A stretch of 64,000 nucleotides of DNA, taken from NCBI GenBank assembly GCA_038885755.1, contig JAVZZH010000001.1, positions 387,155 through 451,154 on the forward strand. The letters run 5' to 3'. Of the stretch, positions 33,209 to 41,784 are shown one piece after another. The notes under the pieces are model-generated. The model was not told the DNA's origin, did no database searches, and saw only the letters and a list, made by a program, of their open reading frames with translations. The stretch is from Candidatus Caldarchaeum sp. (GTDB lineage: Archaea; Thermoproteota; Nitrososphaeria_A; Caldarchaeales; Caldarchaeaceae). Each line of letters starts with the position of its first letter. Position 1 is the stretch's first letter. The translations under genes and the position numbers were made by a program.

Positions 33209-34168
33209 TTAAGTTTGACAGACATAGTCCGAGCGGTCTATTATGTTGCGGGGCTTTTCTCCCCTGAAGTAACGGACTAGATTTTCGACGGCGTGCTTCT
33301 TCATCATAGTCATGACTTCGGGGTTCCCGAAAGCTCCGGCAATCCATGGAGTGCCCATGAAGTTGGGGTGTTCAAACAGCTCGGTCTCCCACGGCTCGTT
33401 CGTCTTGACGCTCCACCACACATCGGTTGCTATGCAGGCGTCTGGGTTTTCCCTCAAGTAAACCATGAGGTCGTTTCTGTCTATCAGGTCAGCCCTCCCC
33501 ACGTTAACCATTACAACGTTCTTCTTCAGCAGACGCAGCCTGCGTAGGTTTATCATGCCACGGGTCTGCTTGGTGAGCGGAGCCGCAAGCACCACGAAGT
33601 CACTTTCTGCCAGAACCTCGTCCAGCCTGTCGGGCCCAACAACCATGTCTACGATGGCGGGAGAGGAGCCTGACCGACTCACCCCCACCACACGCATGCC
33701 GAAAGCCTTCCCAATCTCCGCCACCCTCCTGCCTATCGCACCAATACCCACGACCGTCAAGGTTTTGCCTCCGAGAAGAACAGTCTTGACGTCCTGCCTG
33801 AAGTCCCCCATCCTCAACCTCGGCAGGTATACGTGTAGTCTCTTCGAAGCCGCCAGAAGAAGAGCCCAAGCATGTTCCGCCACCGCCTCGGCGTTGGAGC
33901 CCATGTTTCCGCAGACAACCACGTGCTCGGGGATCGAAGCCCATGGCAGGGAGTCGACGCCGGCGGCCAAACCCTGTATAAGCTTTAGGTTCTTGAGCTT
34001 TCTCAACTCTGCGTCGCTCAATTGGACGCATAGAATAGCCTCGGCCCGCTCCTTAGCAGTCTCCACACCCTCGCTGGAGGGCGTGTATACATCAGCGTAC
34101 GTCCTCAGCTCGGAGACGTCGACGTCATCCAGCTCGACGTATGAAACCACAGACGGTCTGTGCTTCAA
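33209..34168 (-). CDS. D-isomer-specific 2-hydroxyacid dehydrogenase (glyoxylate/hydroxypyruvate reductase-like)
   Basis: The NAD site is VVGIGAIGRRVAEIGKAFGMRV. The catalytic region VNVGRADLID...HP...TPW matches the family. Confidence 0.9.
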   Translation of the reverse strand: MKHRPSVVSYVELDDVDVSELRTYADVYTPSSEGVETAKERAEAILCVQLSDAELRKLKNLKLIQGLAAGVDSLPWASIPEHVVVCGNMGSNAEAVAEHAWALLLAASKRLHVYLPRLRMGDFRQDVKTVLLGGKTLTVVGIGAIGRRVAEIGKAFGMRVVGVSRSGSSPAIVDMVVGPDRLDEVLAESDFVVLAAPLTKQTRGMINLRRLRLLKKNVVMVNVGRADLIDRNDLMVYLRENPDACIATDVWWSVKTNEPWETELFEHPNFMGTPWIAGAFGNPEVMTMMKKHAVENLVRYFRGEKPRNIIDRSDYVCQT

Positions 34169-34743
34169 CCGCTAAACGTATCCTCGGGAGCCGGATAATA
34201 AACCTCAGCCACCAGCTTCCTCGAGCAGTAGATGCAGTAAACAACTGTTTTAGCGCACTCCATGTGGTATACGGCGCCGCAGCTGCACTCGAGCACCACG
34301 TCGGTTTCGGCTTCGGGCGCTGACGCGAGCAGGGGTTTGAGCTGCTTGCCGCAGTAGCTGCACATCCTCGAGAGGGCCAGCACGTCTCTGACCGTGAATA
34401 TGCCGACAACCCTGTTCCCCTCCGTCACCACGACTCTCCGAACCTTTTTCCTGTTCATCAAGTCAACGGCTTCAAGCAGAGACGCCTCTATGTCAATCGT
34501 GAGAAGAGGAGAGCTCATTACGTCTTTGACGAGAGTCTTCGACGGGTCAAGGTTTTTCGCGACAACCCTGGACACGATGTCCCTTTCAGTGATGAGTCCG
34601 AGGGGCACGCCGTTGAGGGACACGACGAGGCCGCTCACTTTTCTGTCGGTCATCATCCTAGCGGCTTCGAGGACTGTTGCATGTCCGTCGATAGATATTA
34701 TGTTCAATCGGACGACGTCCCTTACCTTAGCACCCGGCCACAA
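34165..34743 (-). CDS. CBS-domain pair protein with C-terminal zinc-ribbon
   Basis: It has two CBS repeats (MTDRKVSGLVV..., MNRKKVRRVVVTE...) followed by CSYCGKQL...ECSCGAVYHMECAKTVVYCIYCSRKL. Confidence 0.85.
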   Translation of the reverse strand: MWPGAKVRDVVRLNIISIDGHATVLEAARMMTDRKVSGLVVSLNGVPLGLITERDIVSRVVAKNLDPSKTLVKDVMSSPLLTIDIEASLLEAVDLMNRKKVRRVVVTEGNRVVGIFTVRDVLALSRMCSYCGKQLKPLLASAPEAETDVVLECSCGAVYHMECAKTVVYCIYCSRKLVAEVYYPAPEDTFSG

Positions 34744-34821
34744 CGGTGGGAAGACGCTATGCCGGCTAAAAAGCGTTAAAGCAGGGAAACGTTGAAATAT
34801 TCCGGGCAGTTTTTCAGGCTG

Positions 34822-35472
34822 ATGCGTCTTCTCCAGATCTCAGACGTTCACGGAAGCCTTGAAGCAGTCTCGAGAGCTGTCGCAAGGTCTCAAGGATGCG
34901 ACGCCGTTTTGGTTGCGGGAGACATCACGCATTTCGGCGGAGTTCCGCAGGCGGAGCCTCTGCTGCAGAAGCTGGCTGACAGCGGGCTTAAGGTCTACTT
35001 CGTCGCCGGCAACTGCGACCATCCGGACCTCCTGACGTGGAAGCCTTCAAACCCTAACTTAGTGAATCTCCATCTTAGGGTTGAGGAGTTTGGAGGCCTG
35101 GCGCTTGTCGGGCTTGGAGGAGGAAACCTATCCCCTTTCAACACTTTAATCGAGTTCGACGAGGACGAGATGAACTCGATGCTTTCGGGCCTAAAACCGT
35201 TCCCTGAAAGGTTTATCCTGGTCAGCCACACACCGCCCTACGGAGCCGACGCCGACGTGGCCCGTGGAAGACATCTGGGGAGCCCAGCCGTGAGGAGGTT
35301 TGTCGAGGAGAAAAAGCCGCTCGCGGTCTGCTGCGGACACATTCACGAAGCGCGGTCGGTGTCGTTCATAGGCCGTACCGTGGTTGTCAACGCCGGCCCT
35401 GCGAGGGATGGTTTCTGCGCATACCTAAACATTTCAGGTCAAGAGGTTTCGGCCGAGCTCCGACGTCTGTAG
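34822..35472 (+). CDS. Metallophosphoesterase (calcineurin-like, MJ0936/YfcE type)
   Basis: Motifs are ISDVHG, AGDITHFG, GNCDH, SHTPPYG and GHIHE. The ATG at 34822 lies within ORF 34792. Confidence 0.85.
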   Translation: MRLLQISDVHGSLEAVSRAVARSQGCDAVLVAGDITHFGGVPQAEPLLQKLADSGLKVYFVAGNCDHPDLLTWKPSNPNLVNLHLRVEEFGGLALVGLGGGNLSPFNTLIEFDEDEMNSMLSGLKPFPERFILVSHTPPYGADADVARGRHLGSPAVRRFVEEKKPLAVCCGHIHEARSVSFIGRTVVVNAGPARDGFCAYLNISGQEVSAELRRL

Positions 35473-35482
35473 GGCGTGGAAA

Positions 35483-36268
35483 ATGACAAGGTATGTCGTC
35501 GAGGTCATCAACGTGGGCAACGAGCTGTTAGACGGCAGGACAGTCAACACAAACCTCAACTGGGTCTGCGGAAGGCTCAGCCAGCTCGGCTACACTGTAT
35601 CGAGAGCCGTGGTGGTGAGGGACAGCCTCAAAGACATAACTGCTGCTTTGAGGGAGGCTCTGCGTCGAAGGCCGGGATGGGTCATCATGACCGGCGGTCT
35701 AGGGCCAACACATGACGACAAAACTCTCCAAGCCGTTGCTAAGGCTCTTGGAAGACGCCTTGTCCTACGCAGCGACGTTGTCGAAACTCTGCGACAGCGA
35801 TACCTCAAGCTAGCTGAGAAAGGCTTGATCAAGGAGCCTGTTCTCACAAAGGAGAGGCTTAAGATGGCGAGGCTGCCGGAGGGGTCGACGCCGTTGAGGA
35901 ACCTTGAGGGGGCGGCTCCCGGTGTGTTGCTCGAGCACCGTGGAGTTCGAATCGTCTGTCTGCCGGGCGTTCCGAAAGAGCTGGCGTCGATCTTCGACAA
36001 CGAGGTGGCGCCCGTGCTCCAGAAGGAGGCCCGGGGTAGAGGGTTCATCGTGGAGAACGTTGCTGTTAGGAACGTGGTCGAGTCAAAGCTAGCTCCTCTG
36101 CTCGTCGAAACTATGAAGAAGTATCCCAAGGTATATCTGAAGAGCAACCCGAAGGGCGTCGACAACGGCCCTCTAGTGGTGGTTGACTTTATAGCTGAGA
36201 AACGACACAGGAGCCAGCTGGAGGACGCTGTAAAGTACTTCAACGAGGCCTTGAAGTGGTTGGGTTAG
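35483..36268 (+). CDS. CinA-like / MoCF-biosynthesis (MoaB-MogA fold) domain protein
   Basis: The sequence VINVGNELLDGRTVNTNLNWVCGRLSQLGY...MTGGLGPTHDDKT is the CinA N-terminal domain pattern. Confidence 0.85.
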   Translation: MTRYVVEVINVGNELLDGRTVNTNLNWVCGRLSQLGYTVSRAVVVRDSLKDITAALREALRRRPGWVIMTGGLGPTHDDKTLQAVAKALGRRLVLRSDVVETLRQRYLKLAEKGLIKEPVLTKERLKMARLPEGSTPLRNLEGAAPGVLLEHRGVRIVCLPGVPKELASIFDNEVAPVLQKEARGRGFIVENVAVRNVVESKLAPLLVETMKKYPKVYLKSNPKGVDNGPLVVVDFIAEKRHRSQLEDAVKYFNEALKWLG

Positions 36269-36271
36269 GCT

Positions 36272-37288
36272 TTGGAGTCGTTGAACAAGCTCATCGACAA
36301 GGCTTGGCGGTCTGTCCTATCGTCCCCCGAAATGTACAGACGCGGGCTTGAAAAAGGCTCAGGAGCTGCGGGTTCCCGGGTTGAGGGCTTCCAAAGAGTC
36401 TTGATCTTGGGCGTCGGGGGCTCTGGGATTGTCGGGGACATCGTGTCAAGCTTGAGACAGCCAGAATCAGCGTTAAAAGTTCAGGATGTGAAGGACGTTA
36501 AAACTCCGCATTGGACCGGGCCGGACACCTTGGCCATAGCCGTAAGCTATTCGGGGAACACCGCTGAAACACTCCAAGCAGCCGTCGACGCTCTCTCCAA
36601 GGGCGCAACCGTCGTGGGAGTCTCCTCGGGAGGACGACTAACCTCCTTCCTCCAGTCCAAAGGCCTCAGGGTTGTGGGGGTTTCGGAGGGGCTGGAGCCG
36701 AGGTACGCCGTGCCTGAGATGGTGGGCGTCGTCTACGGAATTTTATCCGCTTTCCGCGGCTTCTCCCGCGAGGTCTTCTTGGAAGCAGTCGACGAACTCG
36801 AAGACTTCCTAAGCTTGTTTAGAGACTTCGGCGACAACTATGCGATGCAAATCGCCTCCACCCTCTTGGACAGGACTGTGGTTGTGCTGTCGTCGGAGCT
36901 TCTCAAGCCCGCCGCCCATCGGCTTAAAACACAGCTCAACGAAAACGCCAAACACCCGGCCTACACGGCTTTCCTGCCCGAGGCCTGCCACAACGAGGTC
37001 GAAACATGGTCGGATACAGACGGCTTCGCCTACGTCATGCAGCGGAGCGTCTACGAACCAGCCGTCTACTCCGACGCATTCGCTTGGATGAAAAGCTTCC
37101 TGAGCGGTATTGGAGCCGTATGCCACGACGTATTCATCGAGTCGAGGACACGTGCGTCGGAGGTTTTGAAGCATGTAGCTTTATCCGACATGGTGAGCGT
37201 CTGCTTAGCCGGCCTCAAGAAAGTCGACCCGTTCAAACTGAGCATCATCCCACAGCTCAGGCCAGTCCTGCGGAAACATCTCCCCTGA
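36272..37288 (+). CDS. Bifunctional phosphoglucose/phosphomannose isomerase (SIS domain, crenarchaeal type)
   Basis: It has the SIS motifs GVGGSGIVGD and SYSGNTAETL, and its size and layout match archaeal PGI/PMI. Confidence 0.85.
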   Translation: MESLNKLIDKAWRSVLSSPEMYRRGLEKGSGAAGSRVEGFQRVLILGVGGSGIVGDIVSSLRQPESALKVQDVKDVKTPHWTGPDTLAIAVSYSGNTAETLQAAVDALSKGATVVGVSSGGRLTSFLQSKGLRVVGVSEGLEPRYAVPEMVGVVYGILSAFRGFSREVFLEAVDELEDFLSLFRDFGDNYAMQIASTLLDRTVVVLSSELLKPAAHRLKTQLNENAKHPAYTAFLPEACHNEVETWSDTDGFAYVMQRSVYEPAVYSDAFAWMKSFLSGIGAVCHDVFIESRTRASEVLKHVALSDMVSVCLAGLKKVDPFKLSIIPQLRPVLRKHLP

Positions 37289-38027
37289 GCTCGGAGAGCA
37301 ACGGTATTGCTCTGATTTTCTCCTCCGGCAACATGCTCCAGATGATACCCTCGGGCTTTTTATTCTTCGGGCAGACGATAGTCTTCGTGTTTGTGTGGAT
37401 GACGTCGACTGGAAGGTCGTAGGGCTCTGACGGAATGTAGTCGACGACTTGGGCGTCGTGGACGGTTGTAGAGACCGGAGTCTCCTCGCTCACCTTCCCA
37501 ATCATCCTCAGCATGGCGTACTCTATCTCCGAATAGCCTTCCCCCTTCCCAACACGCCAGCCCTCAGGCGACACAGCCACGCTTCCGGCGACGAAGAGGT
37601 CTATGCCGGGAAGGTTTCGAGGATGTGTCTTCAAGCCATGCTTGAAGGCTCCTGAGATGGTTGCCGCCTCAGCAAAGCTGTTTCTTGGAATTCTTCGCGG
37701 GTCTAGGACCAGAAAGCCCTGAGATATTCTGGGTGTTGCGACTACGAGAACTTTGCCGTCCTCAAGGACTCGACGCCTCACAGGTGCTTGGGGAGCGTCG
37801 GGGTTTACCTTGACGCAGAAAGCCCGCCGGTATTCGGGTGAAGCAGCCAGCCGGGCGGCGGCCTCTTTCGCTCCCAGAAAGTTGGGAATTCGGCCCTGCA
37901 CGGGTCTGGGGAAAGCAGCTAACCCCTCGTCCTCAAGCCTCCGCCAAACCCGCTCCCTAATCTCCTGCTTAAGCCTTGCTTTTGAAAGCCCTGACAAGCT
38001 CCTCGTAGCTCTGCCTAATCTCCTCAA
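37257..38027 (-). CDS. 5-formyltetrahydrofolate cyclo-ligase family protein
   Basis: The sequence KQEIRERVWRRLEDEG...RIPNFLGAKEAA...GKGEGYSEIEYAMLR matches the MTHFS-like (COG0212) pattern. The 5' end overlaps acs, and an alternative TTG start lies at 37997. Confidence 0.8.
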   Translation of the reverse strand: MRRLGRATRSLSGLSKARLKQEIRERVWRRLEDEGLAAFPRPVQGRIPNFLGAKEAAARLAASPEYRRAFCVKVNPDAPQAPVRRRVLEDGKVLVVATPRISQGFLVLDPRRIPRNSFAEAATISGAFKHGLKTHPRNLPGIDLFVAGSVAVSPEGWRVGKGEGYSEIEYAMLRMIGKVSEETPVSTTVHDAQVVDYIPSEPYDLPVDVIHTNTKTIVCPKNKKPEGIIWSMLPEEKIRAIPLLSELRGDVSAGLA

Positions 38028-39975
38028 CAGCCGCCTCGTCCTCGAGAGTGGTTATGTCCCCGAGGCTTGCTCCAACCGCCACGGCTTTGATGAGACGCCG
38101 CATGATCTTGCCGCTTCTAGTCTTCGGCAGCCTTTCCACGAAAACCACGCCGCTTGGAGCGGCTATAGGGCCGTAAACCTCTCTGACATGACGAATAAGC
38201 TGCTCGGCTGTCTCCGGCCCCGGTCTATGACCGGTCTTCAGGACAACGTAGGCCAGAGGCACCTCGCCCTTAACCTCGTCAGGTATGCCGACGACGGCGG
38301 ACTCCGCTACGGCTGGATGCGATGCTAGGACGGACTCGAGCTCGTAAGTCCCTATCCTGTGTCCCGAGACCTTGAGAACCTCGTCAGCCCTCCCGGCAAC
38401 CCATATGTATCCGTCAGCATCCTTAACAGCGTAATCCCCTGTGAAGAAGAAGCCCCCCACCTTCTCGTAGTAGACTTGACGATACCTCTCCGGCTCCTTC
38501 CACATCCCTGTCGGAGGCCCAGGCATTCCGGGCCATGGCTTGCGGATGACGAGCAGACCTCTCTCGCCTGCTTTGACGGGTTGGCCGTTCTCGTCGACCA
38601 CGTCGGCGTCTATCCCGGGCAGCGGATAGCCGTTGGTTCCCGGCTTGAGCGGCGTCAGATAGAGCCCGGGCGCATGGCTTATCAGTATTCCTCCGGTCTC
38701 GGTCATCCACCAAGTCGAGCCGACCGGGCATCTACCTCCTCCCACGACCTCGAAAAGCCACCGCCATGCGGATGGGTTGATCGGCTCGCCCACGCTGTGT
38801 ATGAGCCTCAAGCTCGACCGGTCGTGCTTCTCGACATGCTGGCTGCCGTGCCGCATAAGCATACGCACAGCAGTCGGAGTCGTGTAAAAAACAGACACGC
38901 CGTACCTCTCGACGATAGACCACCACCTGTCTGGAGCGGGGTAGTCGGGCGTCCCCTCGTACATTACGACGGTGGCGCCTGCTAGGAGGGGGCCGAAGAC
39001 TATGTAGCTGTGGCCTGTCACCCAGCCTATGTCGGCTGTGCAGAAATATGTGTCGTCATCCCTTATGTCGAAGACCCAGCGCATCGTGGCGTTGAGCAGA
39101 ACCGCGTAGCCGCCGTGGTCGTGTATGATTCCCTTTGGCCTGCCGGTTGTCCCAGAGGTGTACAGGACGTATAGGATACTGTCTGAGTCGAGCCTTTCAG
39201 GCTCGATGTAAGCGGTCTCGGGAACCTCTTCGAGAATCCGGTGAAGCCACAGATCCCTGCCCTCGACCATGTCAACTTTGTTGCCCGCCCTCCGGACGAC
39301 CAGAACCTTCTTTATGGACTCGCTTCTCTCAACAGCTTTATCAGCTATTTCCTTCAAGTTGATCAGCCGACCTCTCCTGTAGAACCCGTCGGCAGTGATG
39401 AGAACCGTCGCGCCCAAATCCTCAATCCGTATCTTCAGGTTCTCGGCTGAAAACCCGCTGAATACTACTGTGAAGACCACGCCTATACGGGATAGGGCGA
39501 GCATGGTCATCGGCAGCTCGGGTATCATCGGCAGGTAGATAGCGGCCTTATCACCCCTCATCAGCCCCAGCTTCTTGAAAGCATACGCAAGCCTGTTGAC
39601 GGAGCGCCAGAGGTCGTGGTAAGTTATTCTCCTAACATCGACGGGTTTTCCCCGTTCGTCCACCGGCTCGCCCTCCCAAACATAGGCCAGCTTGTTCCTC
39701 CTCCATCCTCTCACGTGCCTGTCTAGGCAGAGGTAAGACATGTTCGTCTTGGCTCCGACGAACCAGCGGTAAACCCCGGGATAGTCCCCCGGCTCAAGCA
39801 CCTTATCCCAAGGCCTGAACCATTCTAACTTAGAGGCCTCAGACTCCCAGAAGCCGGTGAAGTCTTCAACGCTACGCCTCCATAGACTCAGGTAGCTGCT
39901 GATGTCTATGTGCCTTCCCCTCCACCCCTCGAGCTCGATGTATTCGTTGAAAGGAAGCGGTTCAGACAAAACCAA
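37969..39975 (-). CDS. acs: Acetyl-CoA synthetase (AMP-forming)
   Basis: Motifs are YTSGTTGRPKG, WWMTETGG, FFTGDYAVKDADGYIWVAGRADEV and LPKTRSGKIMRR. Confidence 0.95.
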   Translation of the reverse strand: MVLSEPLPFNEYIELEGWRGRHIDISSYLSLWRRSVEDFTGFWESEASKLEWFRPWDKVLEPGDYPGVYRWFVGAKTNMSYLCLDRHVRGWRRNKLAYVWEGEPVDERGKPVDVRRITYHDLWRSVNRLAYAFKKLGLMRGDKAAIYLPMIPELPMTMLALSRIGVVFTVVFSGFSAENLKIRIEDLGATVLITADGFYRRGRLINLKEIADKAVERSESIKKVLVVRRAGNKVDMVEGRDLWLHRILEEVPETAYIEPERLDSDSILYVLYTSGTTGRPKGIIHDHGGYAVLLNATMRWVFDIRDDDTYFCTADIGWVTGHSYIVFGPLLAGATVVMYEGTPDYPAPDRWWSIVERYGVSVFYTTPTAVRMLMRHGSQHVEKHDRSSLRLIHSVGEPINPSAWRWLFEVVGGGRCPVGSTWWMTETGGILISHAPGLYLTPLKPGTNGYPLPGIDADVVDENGQPVKAGERGLLVIRKPWPGMPGPPTGMWKEPERYRQVYYEKVGGFFFTGDYAVKDADGYIWVAGRADEVLKVSGHRIGTYELESVLASHPAVAESAVVGIPDEVKGEVPLAYVVLKTGHRPGPETAEQLIRHVREVYGPIAAPSGVVFVERLPKTRSGKIMRRLIKAVAVGASLGDITTLEDEAAVEEIRQSYEELVRAFKSKA

Positions 39976-40063
39976 CCATAAACCGTCGTCTCATTTATTA
40001 TGTTTTTTCTCCAATCCACCACCGTCGGTAAAATTTTTAAACAGCTCAGGGGAAAACTACACC

Positions 40064-40816
40064 ATGGAACCTACCTACGCAGATTTTCTGTTCAACGATA
40101 AGCTGGGTGATAAGGTCAACAAACCCCTGCTGCTAGGCTTCCCAGACACAGGGCTTGCTGGGGCCATAGCAGTCTCCTACCTCGTCGACAACCTGAAACC
40201 AGCTGAGAAAGGCTACGTAGACTCGGCTGAACTGCCTCCGATCGTCCCCGTCAGAAGGGGCGAGGCCAAGGAGTTGATAAGAATCTATGAGGGGAAGAAT
40301 TACGTGGCCATCGTGTCCGAGATACCCATCCCCCCTCCGTTGATACGCTCATTTTCGGAGACTCTGCTGACTTGGGTTGAGGAGAAGAAGATCAGGGAAG
40401 TGCGGTGCTTGACAGGGGTTACGGAGCCAAGGAGGCTTGAGATCGAGACGCCCAAAGTCTTCATACTAGCATCCAGCTTAGCTAGGAGCGAGGAGCTAGC
40501 TAGGTCGTTGGACGCAGAGGTTTTCACCGAGGGCTTCGTGACCGGTATACATGCAGAGATACTAAGGCTTGGGGTGAGAAGGGGGATCGACGTCTCCCTG
40601 CTGCTGGCTCAGTCCCACCTAAACTACCCAGACCCCGGTGCGGCTGCCCAGCTTCTCGTAAGGCTGCCGAGGATTGTGAACGAGCAGATCGACGTCAAGC
40701 CACTTCTTGACAGCGAGGAGATGGTTCGGATGCAGCTGAGAGACCTGATGAGAAGAACCGCCGAGTCGATGGTCCAGAAGTCTAGGGAGATGGAGCTTCC
40801 ACCCGTCTACAGGTGA
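40064..40816 (+). CDS. PAC2-family proteasome assembly chaperone-like protein
   Basis: The sequence LLLGFPDTGLAGAIAVSYLVDNL...IPPPL matches PAC2/COG1938. The ATG at 40064 was chosen because the upstream ORF extension runs antisense into acs. Confidence 0.8.
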   Translation: MEPTYADFLFNDKLGDKVNKPLLLGFPDTGLAGAIAVSYLVDNLKPAEKGYVDSAELPPIVPVRRGEAKELIRIYEGKNYVAIVSEIPIPPPLIRSFSETLLTWVEEKKIREVRCLTGVTEPRRLEIETPKVFILASSLARSEELARSLDAEVFTEGFVTGIHAEILRLGVRRGIDVSLLLAQSHLNYPDPGAAAQLLVRLPRIVNEQIDVKPLLDSEEMVRMQLRDLMRRTAESMVQKSREMELPPVYR

Positions 40817-40822
40817 TTAGAG

Positions 40823-41215
40823 ATGTCCGGAGACTGGTTCAGGCGTTTACAGAAGCGGATGGAGATGGAGATCGACGAGATGATGAAGACGATCAAGGAG
40901 GTTGAATCTAGGACCGGCTGCATAATCCCGCTTTACGACGTGGTGGAGACGGAGGACGAATACGTCGTGACCATCGACATGCCCGGAGTCAGGAGGGAGG
41001 ATATAGACCTGCAGGTTTACGAGAACCAGCTAGGCGTCGAGGCTCCCTGCAGCACTAACATACCGAGCAGGAGATACGGCGGAAGATACAGGCTGTTGAT
41101 CGAGCTTCCAAAGCCCATAGACCACTCAGCCGTCAAGGCCAGGTACGTCCACGGCGTGCTAGAAGTGAGGGTAAGCAAGAAAGCCGGGCGTGGCGTCAAG
41201 ATAGCGGTGGAATAG
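40823..41215 (+). CDS. hsp20: Small heat-shock protein (Hsp20 / alpha-crystallin)
   Basis: The alpha-crystallin domain reads PLYDVVETEDEYVVTIDMPGVRREDIDLQV...ARYVHGVLEVRV. Confidence 0.9.
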   Translation: MSGDWFRRLQKRMEMEIDEMMKTIKEVESRTGCIIPLYDVVETEDEYVVTIDMPGVRREDIDLQVYENQLGVEAPCSTNIPSRRYGGRYRLLIELPKPIDHSAVKARYVHGVLEVRVSKKAGRGVKIAVE

Positions 41216-41224
41216 CTTAAATCA
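41216..41224 (+). promoter_or_regulatory. TATA-box candidate for RNase P RNA
   Basis: CTTAAATCA is centred about 26 nt upstream of the proposed RNA 5' end. Confidence 0.35.
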
Positions 41225-41245
41225 ACCCGTGCCGTGGTTTTAAAC

Positions 41246-41540
41246 GGGTGAGCGGCCGGGCGGGCCACCGGGAGCTCCGGAGGAAGTTCCTCCCCCGAGG
41301 GAGGCGTGCGCAGCGCCGAGAGGCGCGTGGGGAGACTCACGGCGACGCCGCAGAAACGAGACCTCCTCCGCACGATGGCCATGACTCGGCGGAGAGCCGT
41401 CGAGGAGTGCGGTGGATTGGTTGAAACGGGCGACCTGCGCAGGGAAAGGCTGCCGGGCTGTGAGCACCCTCCCCGAGCCCGGCGGAAACCGATGAGACGA
41501 ATCCCGCCTAAACAGAAGGAGGGCTACGAGCCGCACACCC
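41246..41540 (+). ncRNA. rnpB: RNase P RNA (type A-like)
   Basis: CR-I-like GGAGGAAGUUCCUCC and CR-V-like AACAGAAGGAGGGCUA can form P4 (AAG-UU-CCUCC with GGAGG-G-CU). Other conserved-looking elements are GCAGAAACGAGACC and GGUUGAAACGGG. The terminal P1 pairing is GGGUGAGCGGC with GCCGCACACCC. The stretch is GC-rich and about 295 nt long, with only implausible ORFs. Confidence 0.8.
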
Positions 41541-41784
41541 CAATATGATTGTTGCCGCCGTGGATGACATCTGTGTCCGGACATTCTCGAACGAAGAGTT
41601 TAAGCGGTATGGTGATTGCTTAAGGATGTGTCGTAGACGAGCATGAATGCAGTAGATGGAATTACTGCGTGCCTGTGTTTAAGGCACTCTACGAGGCATT
41701 CAAGCCGTTGGAGCGGAGTTCGGCGTCATCCATGGCTTGCTGGTCGAGCTGAAGCCTCCGAGGCTCGTCAACAACAAATCCAGA

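Noticed and set aside
33007-33347. 72-aa and 100-aa minus-strand ORFs
   Set aside because: They run across the tRNA-Ser gene and the end of the dehydrogenase gene and are not protein-like.
33465-34175. 236-aa plus-strand ORF, plus the 143-aa minus-frame ORF at 33600-34031
   Set aside because: They lie antisense to, or out of frame with, the 2-hydroxyacid dehydrogenase gene, and their composition is not protein-like.
35590-36243. 217-aa minus-strand ORF
   Set aside because: It is a shadow ORF antisense to the CinA-like gene.
38359-38985. 208-aa plus-strand ORF, plus smaller ORFs at 38423-38926
   Set aside because: They lie antisense to, or out of frame with, acetyl-CoA synthetase.
39902-40063. 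N-terminal extension of the PAC2-like ORF
   Set aside because: It overlaps the acs start region in antisense. The PAC2 homology begins after the ATG at 40064.
41017-41584. ORFs 41017..41382(-), 41240..41584(-) and 41306..41548(+)
   Set aside because: They overlap the RNase P RNA and give Arg/Pro/Gly-rich translations with no start context.
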